A stretch of 50,361 nucleotides of DNA from Alloascoidea hylecoeti (GCA_001600815.1 BCKZ01000038.1:55819-106179), one strand, 5' to 3'; shown: positions 36,953 through 49,443, numbered from the stretch's first letter. Notes: generated from the sequence alone by a model not told the origin. Numbers and translations: made by a program.

Positions 36953-38713
36953 GTCTATAAAGACTAATATAGATGCCTATTTTAGAATCAAATACACCAA
37001 TGAAAGGTGTAGGTTAGTATCGGGGTAGGATATTTGGACTATAACAAGAGAAAAGTATTATAATCGAAAGTCTAACATAATAGATTAATATGATTTTATA
37101 TATGTATAACAAATCTAATAAAGTATTAATAATTAATCATAATATGATTTTCATTCGTGTAGTATAATATTGTACGTAGAAAGATAAAGTAATAAGCAGT
37201 AAACCAGATAGCAGAATATTCATTGCGATTATATTGCCGGGTACAACTTTGCTATAGACTGTTCAACAGTCAAATTTGATTTTACAAATTTGAGAGAAGC
37301 CAAAAACAATGGTTCATTAATGAATTAATAAGAATATCAATTTAATCAAAAAAAATTCTTATGGAAAATAATAAATAAAACTTCAAGATTTTTAGTATAA
37401 TCAATCTAATGGAATTAAATTAAAAATATAACTAAGTTAGATTTATGAATCAAGACATTTATAACTCGAACCAAAGGCTACTACTAATTCTTGTCACTTT
37501 TATTTTCATCTATTTGTAATTAAATTTTAAGAATATCTAAAGTTTCCTCATTCATAACAATGAAATGTGTACTAGTTTTATTTAACCATTTTCTAACAGT
37601 AGTACCACTGTTTAAATCCGTTACTTCTTCATTTGGTGTAAAATCAGATAATATTGTTAGAAGTTTAACATTCTCTTTGTATGATTATTATTGTTATAAT
37701 TAATATGATTTTGATGATTTGGAGAAATCAATATTTGGAGTTAATTTTTTTATAACAACTTGAAATTTCAATCGAACCATCAGCTTTAGAGAAACAAGAA
37801 AGTAATATATGTGCTTTATTCCCTACGTTTAACAATAATAAAAATAACCAACAATTTCAGATTAGCCGGTATTCCTCGTGTTGAAAAAGTTTAGATACCT
37901 TTGAGATCCCTAAATTTATATAGTCAAGATAATGATAATGACTCATTAAAAAGGGAAAATTTACAACATAAAGAAGATGAAAAATGTAAGGAAATAAAAC
38001 CCTTCAGATGAGCATTGTAACAAAGAATTACATGTTAACCTAAACTCAAAAACATATCCAAGATTAGCCTCAACTTATACACACCCAATTTCAAGCTCCC
38101 ACTATCATATAATTAATTACAGTTTTCATCTAAGATATATATTGAATGGGAAGATATTTTAAATAATAAAAAGGATACACTTAATCATGACAAATTACTA
38201 AAGTAAATTTTCTGTAATATTTATATTCTTTCAGCAACTATTCTTCAAGCGAAGTATTTTTTAATTCATCTCCAAGACTCTTATAATCATCATCACGACC
38301 TTTTGTCAATATTTGATGCAATTTAACAAGTACTTACAACATATGAGTGTTGTAATTGTTCTTTATATTCCCTCAACTTCATAAGATCTTGTTTTTGGTC
38401 AGCAAGTTGCTTAATGCAAATTTCAATATTCATGTTACCATCAGCGAGTTGCTTATTCTCATCATCAATTTTTATATTAAGATCAACAGGTCTCTTATTG
38501 TTACTTTCGATTACAAGATTACCATAAGCTATAAATTTTTTCATTCCGATATGAAATTCTAGTCTTGTGATGGATTCTCATCCAAACTCGTAGATTGATT
38601 TTCATTCATTGAATTCAAGATTTGTGCTGTAGGATAGTGAATCCATAAACAACCAAAAGCATATAGTAGTAATGAGGGAACTAAAAGAGATGTTAGTAAG
38701 ATGTAATTGCATG

Positions 38714-39478
38714 TCATCTGATGCAGTTATCATCAGCTGTAGACGATTGTAACTCTTTAATATAATTACCTATAAAATATAATAAACCATATAAATCAAT
38801 CGGATTAGCGAACCTTCCTAATATATATGCGCTGAGAAGCAATCCACATCCACGAAGACCTGAAGGTGTGACACTTCCAATAGTAAGTTGATCCATAATA
38901 TAGGTAACTATGGTAGAGGATTGATAGATCCATAAAAAAGTTAATAATCTGATGTCAATAAACAGATTTATTGACCAATATCCTTTGAAGTTGATGATAA
39001 AATTATGATCCCTATGGATATTAAGGAACGGTTCAACTGGAACTTCCAATAACAAATGGAAGAAAATTAATATTCCAATCATATTTGAAAGCAATAGGGC
39101 TAGCGCCAGAGTAACCCCATATATTTTTTTGTCGAGTAATGTTGGTAAAAATGCAAAAAAACTACCTGATATCATTGGAAGATAAATACCAAAAAGCGTT
39201 ATTAAATGAGTCTCTTTTGAGACACATAAACCAGATTGGTAACAATAACAATTTGGGCACAATTCAGAATTAATCATCACGAGGTTAAAAGGAACTGTAA
39301 TGATTTCAAGACCGATAATATTCATAATTCCAAGTATAATTATGGAAATTGTTAACAAAATATTAAGAGGAATGGGAATATAAGAATGAATTGGAGCGTT
39401 ATCTGGAGAAGGGAAAGGAGAAGAAGATGGGGATGGAGTAACATCATCTTTCTCAGATGGAAATTGTTGTTCATTCAT
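38714..39478 (-). CDS. Hypothetical multi-pass membrane protein (254 aa)
   Basis: Intact ORF with about five hydrophobic segments and a Cys-rich loop (CPNCYCYQSGLC). Paralogous fragment at 48911. Confidence 0.65.
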   Translation of the reverse strand: MNEQQFPSEKDDVTPSPSSSPFPSPDNAPIHSYIPIPLNILLTISIIILGIMNIIGLEIITVPFNLVMINSELCPNCYCYQSGLCVSKETHLITLFGIYLPMISGSFFAFLPTLLDKKIYGVTLALALLLSNMIGILIFFHLLLEVPVEPFLNIHRDHNFIINFKGYWSINLFIDIRLLTFLWIYQSSTIVTYIMDQLTIGSVTPSGLRGCGLLLSAYILGRFANPIDLYGLLYFIGNYIKELQSSTADDNCIR

Positions 39479-41467
39479 AATAGTTGTCTAAAATTGTGAA
39501 AGAGAAGAGAAGAATAGACACGTTATATATTAATATTTTCTGCTGTGAGGAGGTAAAAAGAGGTTGTTAGTAACTTGTTACCAAACATAAGAAACACATT
39601 TTTTCCTTATATAATTATAACGTTAATTACACAGTAGTAAAAGGCTTAATAGTCACGGAAAACCCAACTGAAAATATTACCTTAATATAATATAATGAAT
39701 CACCAATCTTTTATACTTTATTTTCAAAATCATTTAGATCTTGTAGCCATCATCAGTTTTAATATTGAATGATCCTGCAGCCATTTTTTTGAATTGTCCG
39801 ATCAGCTATATTCACCGATTTAGAAGACGAATCCTTTCGATCTAAGCAATGTTTTCAATCCAATTACTTTGAGTGGTATACAAATGAAGTGATTATAGGT
39901 AATGTGGTACTAATTATAAAGCCCGGACATATTGCACACTTAATATTCTGCCACATGTAAATTGTCGGCTACTGCTTAAAATAATTATGAGAGCTACCTT
40001 CCAGGAACCTTCTATATGAGTGTTCGCAGCATAACATAGGTTCGGACATGTTTGTCCACTACATATATTTATTCTTCTACCTATATATTTCGATTCTCGC
40101 TACCGTTTTCATATCAATTCGATCGAAAACAGAATTTCAAAACCGTTATCTTCGTAACACATCTATTTATAAAGCTGGAATGAAGATGTATTGATTTTGT
40201 GGAGGGGATATGGTGTTGTTAGAATAAGGACGACCATTATAACCAGCCTGAATCCAATTCAGCACATGGGTAATCTCTTCATATAATCATGAGAGAACAA
40301 CACAAAGCAGAAATTTCTACTATTCACTTCAACACTATATTGAAGTGAAGAACATAATATTTCTGTGTTTTATCCTCCCTGAAGCACCAACATATCATCG
40401 CCCATATGATTGAATTCATCTCTATTATAACATTATGCTGGAAACCTTATAACACCAAAGTTTAGAATTAATATTAAATACAAATACACTGCTATGATCT
40501 CTAAGACTGGAGGATCATTGATATTCACTATTCTAACGAAAGTATAAGTTTTTGTAGGCTACTCGGTCACCGGTTATATAGTACTGCCAGTTAGAGAAAC
40601 ACCGAGAGAAGGTTTTTAGTTTTTTGTTTTTGAACGACGTATGTACAGTATGTATGCAAACAAATGAATGCGAAGTGGACATTCAAATATGCATATTGAA
40701 ATACAACACATCTACCCTATACCAACATTTTAGATCACTTAAATTAAATACTAAATCAAAAAGGAAAATTAATGAAAGCTTTTGTAGTAATTTATATATT
40801 GGCTTTGAGATAATAAATATTATGTTGATTTCTTAACCGCTCCGTGGTTGTAATTAACTGAATAAATCGTATTTTAGGCCTTTCTTTTACAATATCGGAT
40901 TAAAATTAGATGTTCATTTTTATTCTAATTATTAACTTATAAGGACTTCCCAAGATCATTTATTTTCATGAATATTTGTCATATTATCGGTCTTTAGCTT
41001 TTAACATCTGGTAGTAATTAGTGAAATATCCTAGTATCTAATCCTCTAGCCTATCAAAAATTTAATTGCAATATATTGAACATAAGATCATTTATAAAAC
41101 AGCTCACATCAAAATCTATAGACTTTCAATAATTCCAATAACTGATGTGTTAGAATAATTAGAGAAATAGAAAATAATATAGGCTCATGCAATAAAGAGA
41201 AAATTTTATTATGTGGGGGGATTTTAATTACTAAATTTGTAATCTTAAACCCTATATATTTGCTAGGCTTGAATATTTTGTGTGATACCAAAAAGAGAAA
41301 TTAGAGGCCTATTCTTCGGCCTAAAAGAGAAACTACAAATAAAGATGAAGTATTTTCACATCTTCCAACTATTTAAATCCCTTCTCACTCTTTACTCTTT
41401 TCTTTACCGTTGACCATAATCAAGACTTCTATTTAATTTTATTGGTACTATCAGCACATATAAGCAA

Positions 41468-42760
41468 ATGAATTCTACAATTGGGTTACTAGTAGCTATG
41501 GATGAAAATCATAATATTCATGAATTCAAAAACAAGATTGAGTCTCCTTTTGATGAGTATGATATACGAGAATCTCTAGAATGGGATAAGAAAACAATAC
41601 TTACTGATGGAAATTTTGGAACCTTACAACCCACAGTCAAGAAACAAGAAACAGAAAATTTAATGAATGTTACTCAAAATCATTTTTATAATGATAAGAA
41701 TTATGAAGGTAAAGTTTCTTCGCTTGAGTTGAACCCAAATGCGATACAATCTTTATTGAATTACAGTCAAGATGATCATGAAACTCCTTCCCTTAACTTT
41801 GACCAAAGTAAAACAGAGTGTCCATTGAATTATAATGATCATGCTTATGAAGTTCCTTCGTTTTGGTTGGGTCAAAAGGAATCAGAGTCTCCATTGACAT
41901 ATAATCTTAATAACTATGAAGTTCCTTCGCTTGAGTTGGACGAAAATGAAGCGGAGTGCTCATTAAATTCTAAAGAAAGTTATTATGATATTCCTTCGCT
42001 TGACCTGCAGAATAATAAATCTGAAGGTTCATTTAATTATTATGATAATTACTACAAAGTTCCTCCAGTTGAGTGGGACCAAAAAGAAGCAGAGTCCTCG
42101 TCAATTTATAATGAGAATAACATTGAAATTCCTTCCCTACAGTTGGACCAAAATGAAGCAGATCGCTTTCTGAACTATAATGAAGATTATAATAAATATT
42201 CTTGGACTGATTTGGATCTCTCAGATCCAAATGAACCATTATTTTTAACTAATTATAAACATGATGAAGCTCCACAATTTGAATTTTGTAGTAATGTTTC
42301 GTCGGGTGAATTTTTCCAGTCTTATGGAATTGAATCAAATTTATTATTTAATCATAATCATTATGGAGTACCTAATTTTCAAGATGCCCCAGAAAAAGAA
42401 GAATTTTTACCGACGGTTAATTATAGTAATCAAAATCAAAATCAAAATCAAAATCAAAATCAAAATCAAAATCAAGCTCAGAAGTATAAACAGAAGCCAA
42501 ATAATCAAAATATTTTTCCAGTCAAGTTGAACCCAGAGGTATCAGAAGTAAAATTTTCAGAGATAACAGTAGAAGGGAAATACTTGTGCAAAAAGTGTCC
42601 CAAGGCATTCAAAGGGACTGCAGCGTTGGACAATCATTTTAAGCGTGTTCATAATGGAGAATTGAACTATAGATGTCATAAATGTAATAAAATCTTTGGT
42701 TCATCTAATAAGTTATCCTCACATAAGAATAATGTTTGTTTCAAAAGATTTTACGAATAA
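41468..42760 (+). CDS. C2H2 zinc-finger protein, long paralogue with 23-aa acidic repeats and a QN run
   Basis: YLCKKCPKAFKGTAALDNHFKRVH and CHKCNKIFGSSNKLSSHKNNVC. 5' and 3' flanks are homologous to those of the 36362 gene. Confidence 0.85.
   Translation: MNSTIGLLVAMDENHNIHEFKNKIESPFDEYDIRESLEWDKKTILTDGNFGTLQPTVKKQETENLMNVTQNHFYNDKNYEGKVSSLELNPNAIQSLLNYSQDDHETPSLNFDQSKTECPLNYNDHAYEVPSFWLGQKESESPLTYNLNNYEVPSLELDENEAECSLNSKESYYDIPSLDLQNNKSEGSFNYYDNYYKVPPVEWDQKEAESSSIYNENNIEIPSLQLDQNEADRFLNYNEDYNKYSWTDLDLSDPNEPLFLTNYKHDEAPQFEFCSNVSSGEFFQSYGIESNLLFNHNHYGVPNFQDAPEKEEFLPTVNYSNQNQNQNQNQNQNQNQAQKYKQKPNNQNIFPVKLNPEVSEVKFSEITVEGKYLCKKCPKAFKGTAALDNHFKRVHNGELNYRCHKCNKIFGSSNKLSSHKNNVCFKRFYE
41762..42175 (+). 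repeat. Six 69-bp (23-aa) coding tandem repeats, with degenerate copies on either side
   Basis: Units such as YNDHAYEVPSFWLGQKESESPLT, YNLNNYEVPSLELDENEAECSLN and YNENNIEIPSLQLDQNEADRFLN. Confidence 0.85.
42428..42475 (+). repeat. (CAAAAT)n microsatellite encoding a QN run
   Basis: About 7-8 copies are visible. Confidence 0.9.
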
Positions 42761-44107
42761 GTCTTCTGTTGGAATCTATTTTGGTATTAATTGCAAACCC
42801 GAAATAGGTGTAAGTTGACATGAGAAGAGAATGCTTGGATTGAAACAAAAAACATATATATTATTTTAATCAAAAGTCTAACATAATATATTAATATCAT
42901 TTTATATACGAATATACGAATCTAATAAGTTTTAAGTAATTAATGATAATATGCTATTCATGTAGTATAACATTGTAGAAAATTAGCAGTAAGTGGTAAT
43001 CAATATATAGAAGAGTATTAGTTATTCCACCATAGCTATTGATTGAATAATTCCGAATATTTGATACAAATTATGTATGTAGCCTCCTATTTTAATTCAT
43101 TAAATATAGTGATTAAAAACATTTACTATGTAAGTTAAAAGGAAAGATACATCAATCAAATTCATCTATTATAATTATAACTGGTTTGATTGCAACGCTA
43201 TTGTCCTGCAATATGTGAAATTTCCAAATCGGTACGTTGAGAGGTATAGTGTATATAAAGAAACCCACATCTAATCTTTAATAATAATATATACCTGTAG
43301 CTTCTGACAAAAGAAATACTATTTTCCTTGAGCGATGCTAACAGGTGTTGAGCTCTAAAATATGCTTTTCAAAAAGGTGATATAGATTGAATATGTTTTG
43401 ACAAAGTGGACAAAAACACCATTAATCAGATCGAAAATACTTCTACTAGAAACTTAGATTTCACCGAGGGAGATATTAAACAATGAATGAACTTATGGGC
43501 TGATGGTAAGAAAGAATATTTTATTCATTATGAAGAGGCCGCTCATCTGCAGGATAGCTTTAAGTAATATTGATTTTAGTTTTACCTTTTTTATTTTTAT
43601 ATATCGGGTCTTCTTCATACAGCCTCCAGAGACACGGAAAGCGCTCAATCTATTGTAACGTTTACCCGTACTATTATCAAGAGTTATATCAGTTGTAGGG
43701 AAATCTTCAAAGTCGTTCCTATTTTGAACATTAATAAAATCATTTTTTAAAACATGTTAATATTATTTATTTTATGTCTTCTGATTTTAAGACTAGTAAT
43801 TCTTTTTTTTACAATTCAAAACTAGTATTGGATGTTTTGTTTTTTGAATTAAAATAATTAGGATTACTAATAATTACTGAAAGGTTAGGTTCAACTGAAA
43901 TCCTGAAATGGTTTTGTTTTCGGAAAATAACAAGAAATTAAGGATTAAGTGATCATCATGCACTTATATTACAATTAAATTATCTTGATTAATTATGAAG
44001 AAAGCAGATAAGATATTAAAGTATTAACTGAATGAATAAACTTAAATATATTTGGCTTTATTAAAAGCTATAGATTAAAGAGAACACACCTTTTCATCTA
44101 AAAAAAT

Positions 44108-45137
44108 TTAAATTAGAACTCCAATATGTTCACACATTCTTTCTATGGAAGAAGTTCCAAAATCAATAGCTTTGAGATCTTCACTTTGTATAAGCTGTCG
44201 ATTACGGTAGCTGAAATCAACAGAAGTTACGATGGCGTAGAGGGATCATATAGATCGTATCCTTATAAACTTTTAATAATTCTGATGTAGACGCATAAGT
44301 ATAAACATACTTACCAGATAGGGAGAATGACTTGTAGGTTGGTAAATATGGGTGGGTGAATCTTTTTAAAAGCTTACCAGTAGTTATCTTATAAACCAAT
44401 AATTGATGTGTATAATTTCCATATAGACATAATTAAATACCTGTGACAATGATATCGATATGCATCATGGATTTCTTTTCTCAATTCATAGAGCTTTCCA
44501 TCAAAAAATTTAAATGCCAAAATGTCACCATATGATGTATACAGCATATCAGTGAAAGGATAGCTAGCCGGAAATTGTGAAAATTGATTTCGAAATTTAG
44601 CTAATGAGCTGACTTTAAACTAAATGGATTTGAAGATAATTTCGTATCATCAAATGCTTTGGTGATGGATGAAAGAATCTTGATACAACCGTACATTTTC
44701 TTTCATTTTATTATTGAATTATTATATTGCAGAAATAATTTATAACCTAAACCATTTTTAATGAGATTAAAATTTTCATCATAACCATTTTGCAAGCGTC
44801 TACGCTTTGAAATCGAACCATTTAAATTTATATTAAGTTGCTTTTTTGCTATGACTGGGACTGTAAATTTATTCATCTTTTTAATCGTAGCTACTAGCCA
44901 TAGTTGGTATTTGTTTTGATCTGAAGGAGATAAGACTAGCTTCCAAAATCTGGGTTAATTGAATTGATTATACTAATAACGAGAGACGCGTTGAGTCTGT
45001 TTGAGCTCTGGCAACGATCCTTGATCAATTATTTGATTAAATATTTTGAGTGGTATTTCAGCTGGGAAAACCCTCATTGGATCACTCCTGTTTCGGGTGA
45101 CTAATAACTCCAGATTAGTATTATTATCCATGTCCAT
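44108..45137 (-). pseudogene. F-box-like protein pseudogene, family 1 copy B
   Basis: MDMDNNTNLELLVTRNRSDPMRVFPAEIPLKIFNQI...QRVSRY*YNQFN*PRFWKLVLSPSDQNKYQLWLVATI. Collinear with 11208-12378, with in-frame stops, frameshifts and deletions. Confidence 0.75.
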
Positions 45138-45298
45138 GTTCGCCGATTATAACAGTGGTATCGGTGGTAGTAGGCTATTAAAGTATTATGGGACCTTATA
45201 GCAAGTAATATTATTTGAATGTATATTGATAAGTTATATGTATAAGTAAAAGTTAAGTAATCGCGCAAAGATATATATGGGTATTAAGATTATAAGTT

Positions 45299-47321
45299 AT
45301 TATCATACTGCCAAAACCAAACAAAGGCAATCACAAAAAACCTAACAACTACCGACCAATATGTTTGATCAATACCATGGGTAAACTGATGGAGAAAATA
45401 CTCACAAATAGATTAACACAAATCACCACTCCTTTCTTGCCACCACAACAATACGGAGGGAGAAGCGGATATAACACCACCGACAACTTATTAGCGATGA
45501 CACAAGCAATCTATAACAACAAAAAGAAGGGCTCCACACTGATGGCGATCGACATCAAGGGAGTCTTTTAAAACCTCAACCTAAGCAACCTAATACCCAT
45601 CCTGAAATCATTTCAAATCCCACCACAAGCCATAAAATGGGTAACATCTTTTATGACAAACAGAACATGTTCATTATTAGTGGACGTAAAAATAAGCCCT
45701 ACCAGGAGAATCCATTGTGGCGTGCCACAAGGCAGTCCTGTCAGCCCTTTATTGTTCCTTATCTCAACAAGCCCCATATATAAAATAATACAACAACTTG
45801 GTGGAGATACCTATTATTACATCGATGGTATTAGTATATTGGTACATGGACTACCGAAAGACACCACCAAATTATGCTCAACCATTTTAGCTAAATGTTG
45901 CAAATGGGCAAAAACAAATCGCACAGAATTCGACTTAGGCGACAAGCTAGGACTATTACACTTCCCATCCAACACAAAAGCAGAACCCTCTAAGCACAGC
46001 ATGAGACTGCCCGATGGCACAATGAAACCACCAAGCAAGATGCTGAAAATATTAGGGGTCTGGCAAGAATCAAAACTTAAGTACAAATTCCACATCAAAT
46101 CTTTGATAAAGAAAACACAAAACACCGAAAACGCACTCGGAAGACTGGGAGGATATCATCGAGGAATCCCAATTATATTGATGAGACAATTATACCTGAG
46201 CTGTGTTCTACCAATCATTAGTTATGCTAGCGAACTCTGGTTTACCCACGCCACAAAATATCAAACCCAAAAAATTCAAAAAATTCAAAACCAAGCAATT
46301 AGGAAAATAATCGGGGCCATTACAACACCAGTCGATATAATGGAAGTTATAATCAGTATCCCACCAATAACAATAACACTAGCAAAAATCAACCTCCTCA
46401 AAGCATTGCGAAGATACACAAACATATCGCCATCAAACCCGATAAAACAAACCAATAATGCATCTAGAAGAAACAAACAAGCCCCAGAATTGAAATCAAA
46501 CATAGACTTATTACAAACCATAACCAACGAAATACCAAGTAAAAATGTTGACAATTTCAACAACTAGCAACTTAAATCAGAAAAAGAAAGAGCAAGAATT
46601 CAACTGATGATTAAGGAAAGCATCACCAAAATCTGCATCCAAAAATGGAAAAACAGATACCACGCCTCGACAACAGGCAATTTCTTTCGACAACTCCAAG
46701 CCACGCCAAATATCGATTTCAAGGTCCAACAATCACCACTAATGAATATAATAAGAAAAAGCGACCGAAAAGTAGCAAGCATCATCTTAAGATGTGTCAC
46801 AGGCCATGCTTACACATTACGCCCATCAATACTTCAAGCAGCCTCTAACACCATATAAATGCGGCGAAGAACAAACACTACACCATATAATTCAAAAGTG
46901 TAACATAAACAAAAAACAGCAAGAGAGGAAAGTGGAATAACAAATTTCAACTACCCCCTTAATTCAAACAGAAGGTGGGTTGGCACTACAACAATTCATC
47001 ATCAAAGCCACAATTGAAATATAAAAGTGCAAAGCAAAAACCTCAATGGTAGGAATTGCAAATGATAGGGTAAATATCCTCCATTCAGCATCAGCGTGCC
47101 CACAAGGGTGTAATCCCCAGCTATTGAAGTCAACAATAACAAAGCTAAGTGAAAACTGGAGAAAATGTTACCAAATACTCAGGTGACTTCCATGTGATCA
47201 AAAGAAGGAACCAAGATGCTAACAGCCAAACAACCAAAAAATCAAAGTCCTACGTATATACATATACATATAACATTACATAATTTAATTTTATTTGCTT
47301 TATTTAAAAAAAAAAAAAAAA
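45299..47321 (+). mobile_element. 5'-truncated, inactive non-LTR retrotransposon (LINE, Tad-like): RT, C-terminal zinc knuckle, 3' UTR and poly(A)
   Basis: ILPKPNK..PNNYRPICLINTMGKLMEKI, QYGGR, DIKGVF*, GVPQGSPVSPLLF, YIDG (YxDD mutated), LGVW and RQLYLSCVLPIISYASELW. In-frame stops at 45569 and 46565, frameshift near 46820, TGH..YKCGEEQTLHHIIQKC knuckle, A16 at 47306-47321. Confidence 0.92.
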
Positions 47322-47599
47322 GAAAGTATGTGAATAATTTTTAATATATATTATGCAGGATGGTAAAAGCAACTGTGATTTTAGTTGCGAGTGTATTCCG
47401 AAAGAGGAAACTTTTATTATCAATAATGCAGGTCTATTCTGAAAGAGGATACGATAGTACAGTACTATGCGTATATATCGATAGCTATTACTGGTTGACT
47501 TAAATATCCCCAGTTGTAAAATATAAGTCCAGATATTTAATTTGAATATTCGATCACATAAAAATAGTAGGAACGATGATGTTCATAATTGAAAATATA

Positions 47600-48190
47600 G
47601 ATTCTAAACGTCATTGAAAAAATATGGAGACGTATATAGTGTGATAGTATCTAAAACTGTTAGTATCACCGTTAGAACAGTTCATATGAAGTCGTAACTG
47701 GGAGAAATAGGCACTGAGAAATTTATTAATATAAGATCGTGAACTATATAATACCTTGAGGATGATGTAAGAATAATATTCAAGATTTCTAAACCCCAAC
47801 CCAAACTCATCAGCATCCCAAAGACCATGTTATTGGTATACAAAGTTATACACCTAAACTTCTTCAATGCATGATCCTCAGACCTGAACACAGCGAGAAA
47901 TATTTCATCAATTTTATCCTCATTCAATTCAAATTAAAATAAGCTAAACTGTTTCTAAAATCTCTTACACACCACTTCCTATCCCACAATTCATGGATCT
48001 AATCAGCGATTTATGAATCGATCAAATTATTATAGATTTGTTCAAAACCTAGGACAACATGTTTATACTTAGTGTCACCACAACAATCATCATTTAATAA
48101 CAATCACGAAATATAGTCTCAAGAAAATTAGATTATTCAAGTAATATTTCAGCCTTACACAACAAATTCCAAATCAAGAAAATAATGGCC
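47600..48190 (-). pseudogene. Coding-like relic with a hydrophobic C-terminal part, unidentified
   Basis: The 47682-47927 frame continues on both sides through several stops with protein-like composition. No family recognised. Confidence 0.3.
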
Positions 48191-48910
48191 TCTAACTAAT
48201 GAAGTCGAACATCACAATAATGAACAATCATATTAACCATGTTAAAGGTCAAATCTATAGTATCAAAATCATGGGACATGTGAGGCATAGTACATTATAT
48301 ATTCTTGTCTTTATCATCATAATGATCATCATAAATGTCTTAGAAATTGAATTTTTACTTATAACAGAGGCATACACTTCGTAGGAATTCTTGAATTACA
48401 TTATATATATAAATTATATATAAAATCATTTAAATATAAATTTTTGATCTTTATTTTATCATTTTATCATTTTATCATTTTTATCATTTTTCACCTTATA
48501 TCATTAAAGTTTTTAATTTTTGTTTTCTATAAATCTATTTAGGATTCACAAAAACAATACCCACTTAAAGATATATAACCAATGGCTAAGTATCAATTGA
48601 AGTATCTAAGTAGATGCAAAATCTGTAAGTAATAATACCACCCTATTTGAAAAATAATGTGAAATGGAATTCTTATAAATAATTTTTGATCATTAAGCTT
48701 TTTTTACTTTTAGATGTTTTTAAAATTCTAGATATCTCATTTATAGCTCTTAAAAACTTACTCTAAATTGAGTATTTAATGATAGCACTATATGCTATTT
48801 ATGGATATCGATAATTGGAAACAGCATCCGATTTATGTTTTATCCTACTCACAGCAGATATTATAACATCTTCATTCTACTCTCCTCCTTTATAATTTTA
48901 AACCACAACT

Positions 48911-49230
48911 ATGAGTCGACAAAATTATCCACATGATGAACACGATGATGAATCAACTCCTTCAAATTATGGCTTAACTACTTTTCCTATTTGCATCTCT
49001 TTTCACGCTTTGTTCGCATCTTTTCTTGGAATCGTGAATGTTTTCATTATTTCAAGTATCACGGTTCCTTTCAATTTCCTTTGGAATCAGTCAGTTTTTA
49101 ATAATGAATCTCGTTATTTATATTCCAATGATGCTATCTTGCATTATTGAAATTTTATCAATTATAAATTTCTTTCAACCGAGCCGCTTTGGGAAAATGC
49201 TTAAGAAACCTATTGCTGTTGGCTTATGGG
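48911..49230 (+). pseudogene. Truncated paralogue of the 38714-39478 membrane protein
   Basis: FLGIVNVFIISSITVPFN versus ILGIMNIIGLEIITVPFN. Shared upstream CTCACAGCAGA block. Premature stop at 49150. Confidence 0.65.
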
Positions 49231-49443
49231 CTCTTGTTGGTTGATGTCCTTGGATTTATTCTGAGGCATAGTAAAGTTTTATTATAGAAAGAACGTGTAT
49301 TTTCTAAAACTAACTAATGTGGGAACTAGTTAATATATAAGTGAAATTAGTTCATCATAAATATCACTCCATATATATGTAACTATGTAATAACAAAAAC
49401 AATTTTAATGTAACTATATAACTATATAACTATATATCCAATA
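49228..49443 (-). pseudogene. Promoter plus the first ~14 codons of a paralogue of the 34931 F-box gene
   Basis: MPQNKSKDINQQEP (ATG at 49269) versus MPPKQFKDIATDEP. 49270-49443 is clearly homologous to 34932-35104. Confidence 0.65.

Noticed and set aside
48240..48366. TGTTAAAGGTCA ... TATAACA as another element end or solo LTR
   Set aside because: There is one mismatch to the 12-mer, no further homology and no matching TSD.
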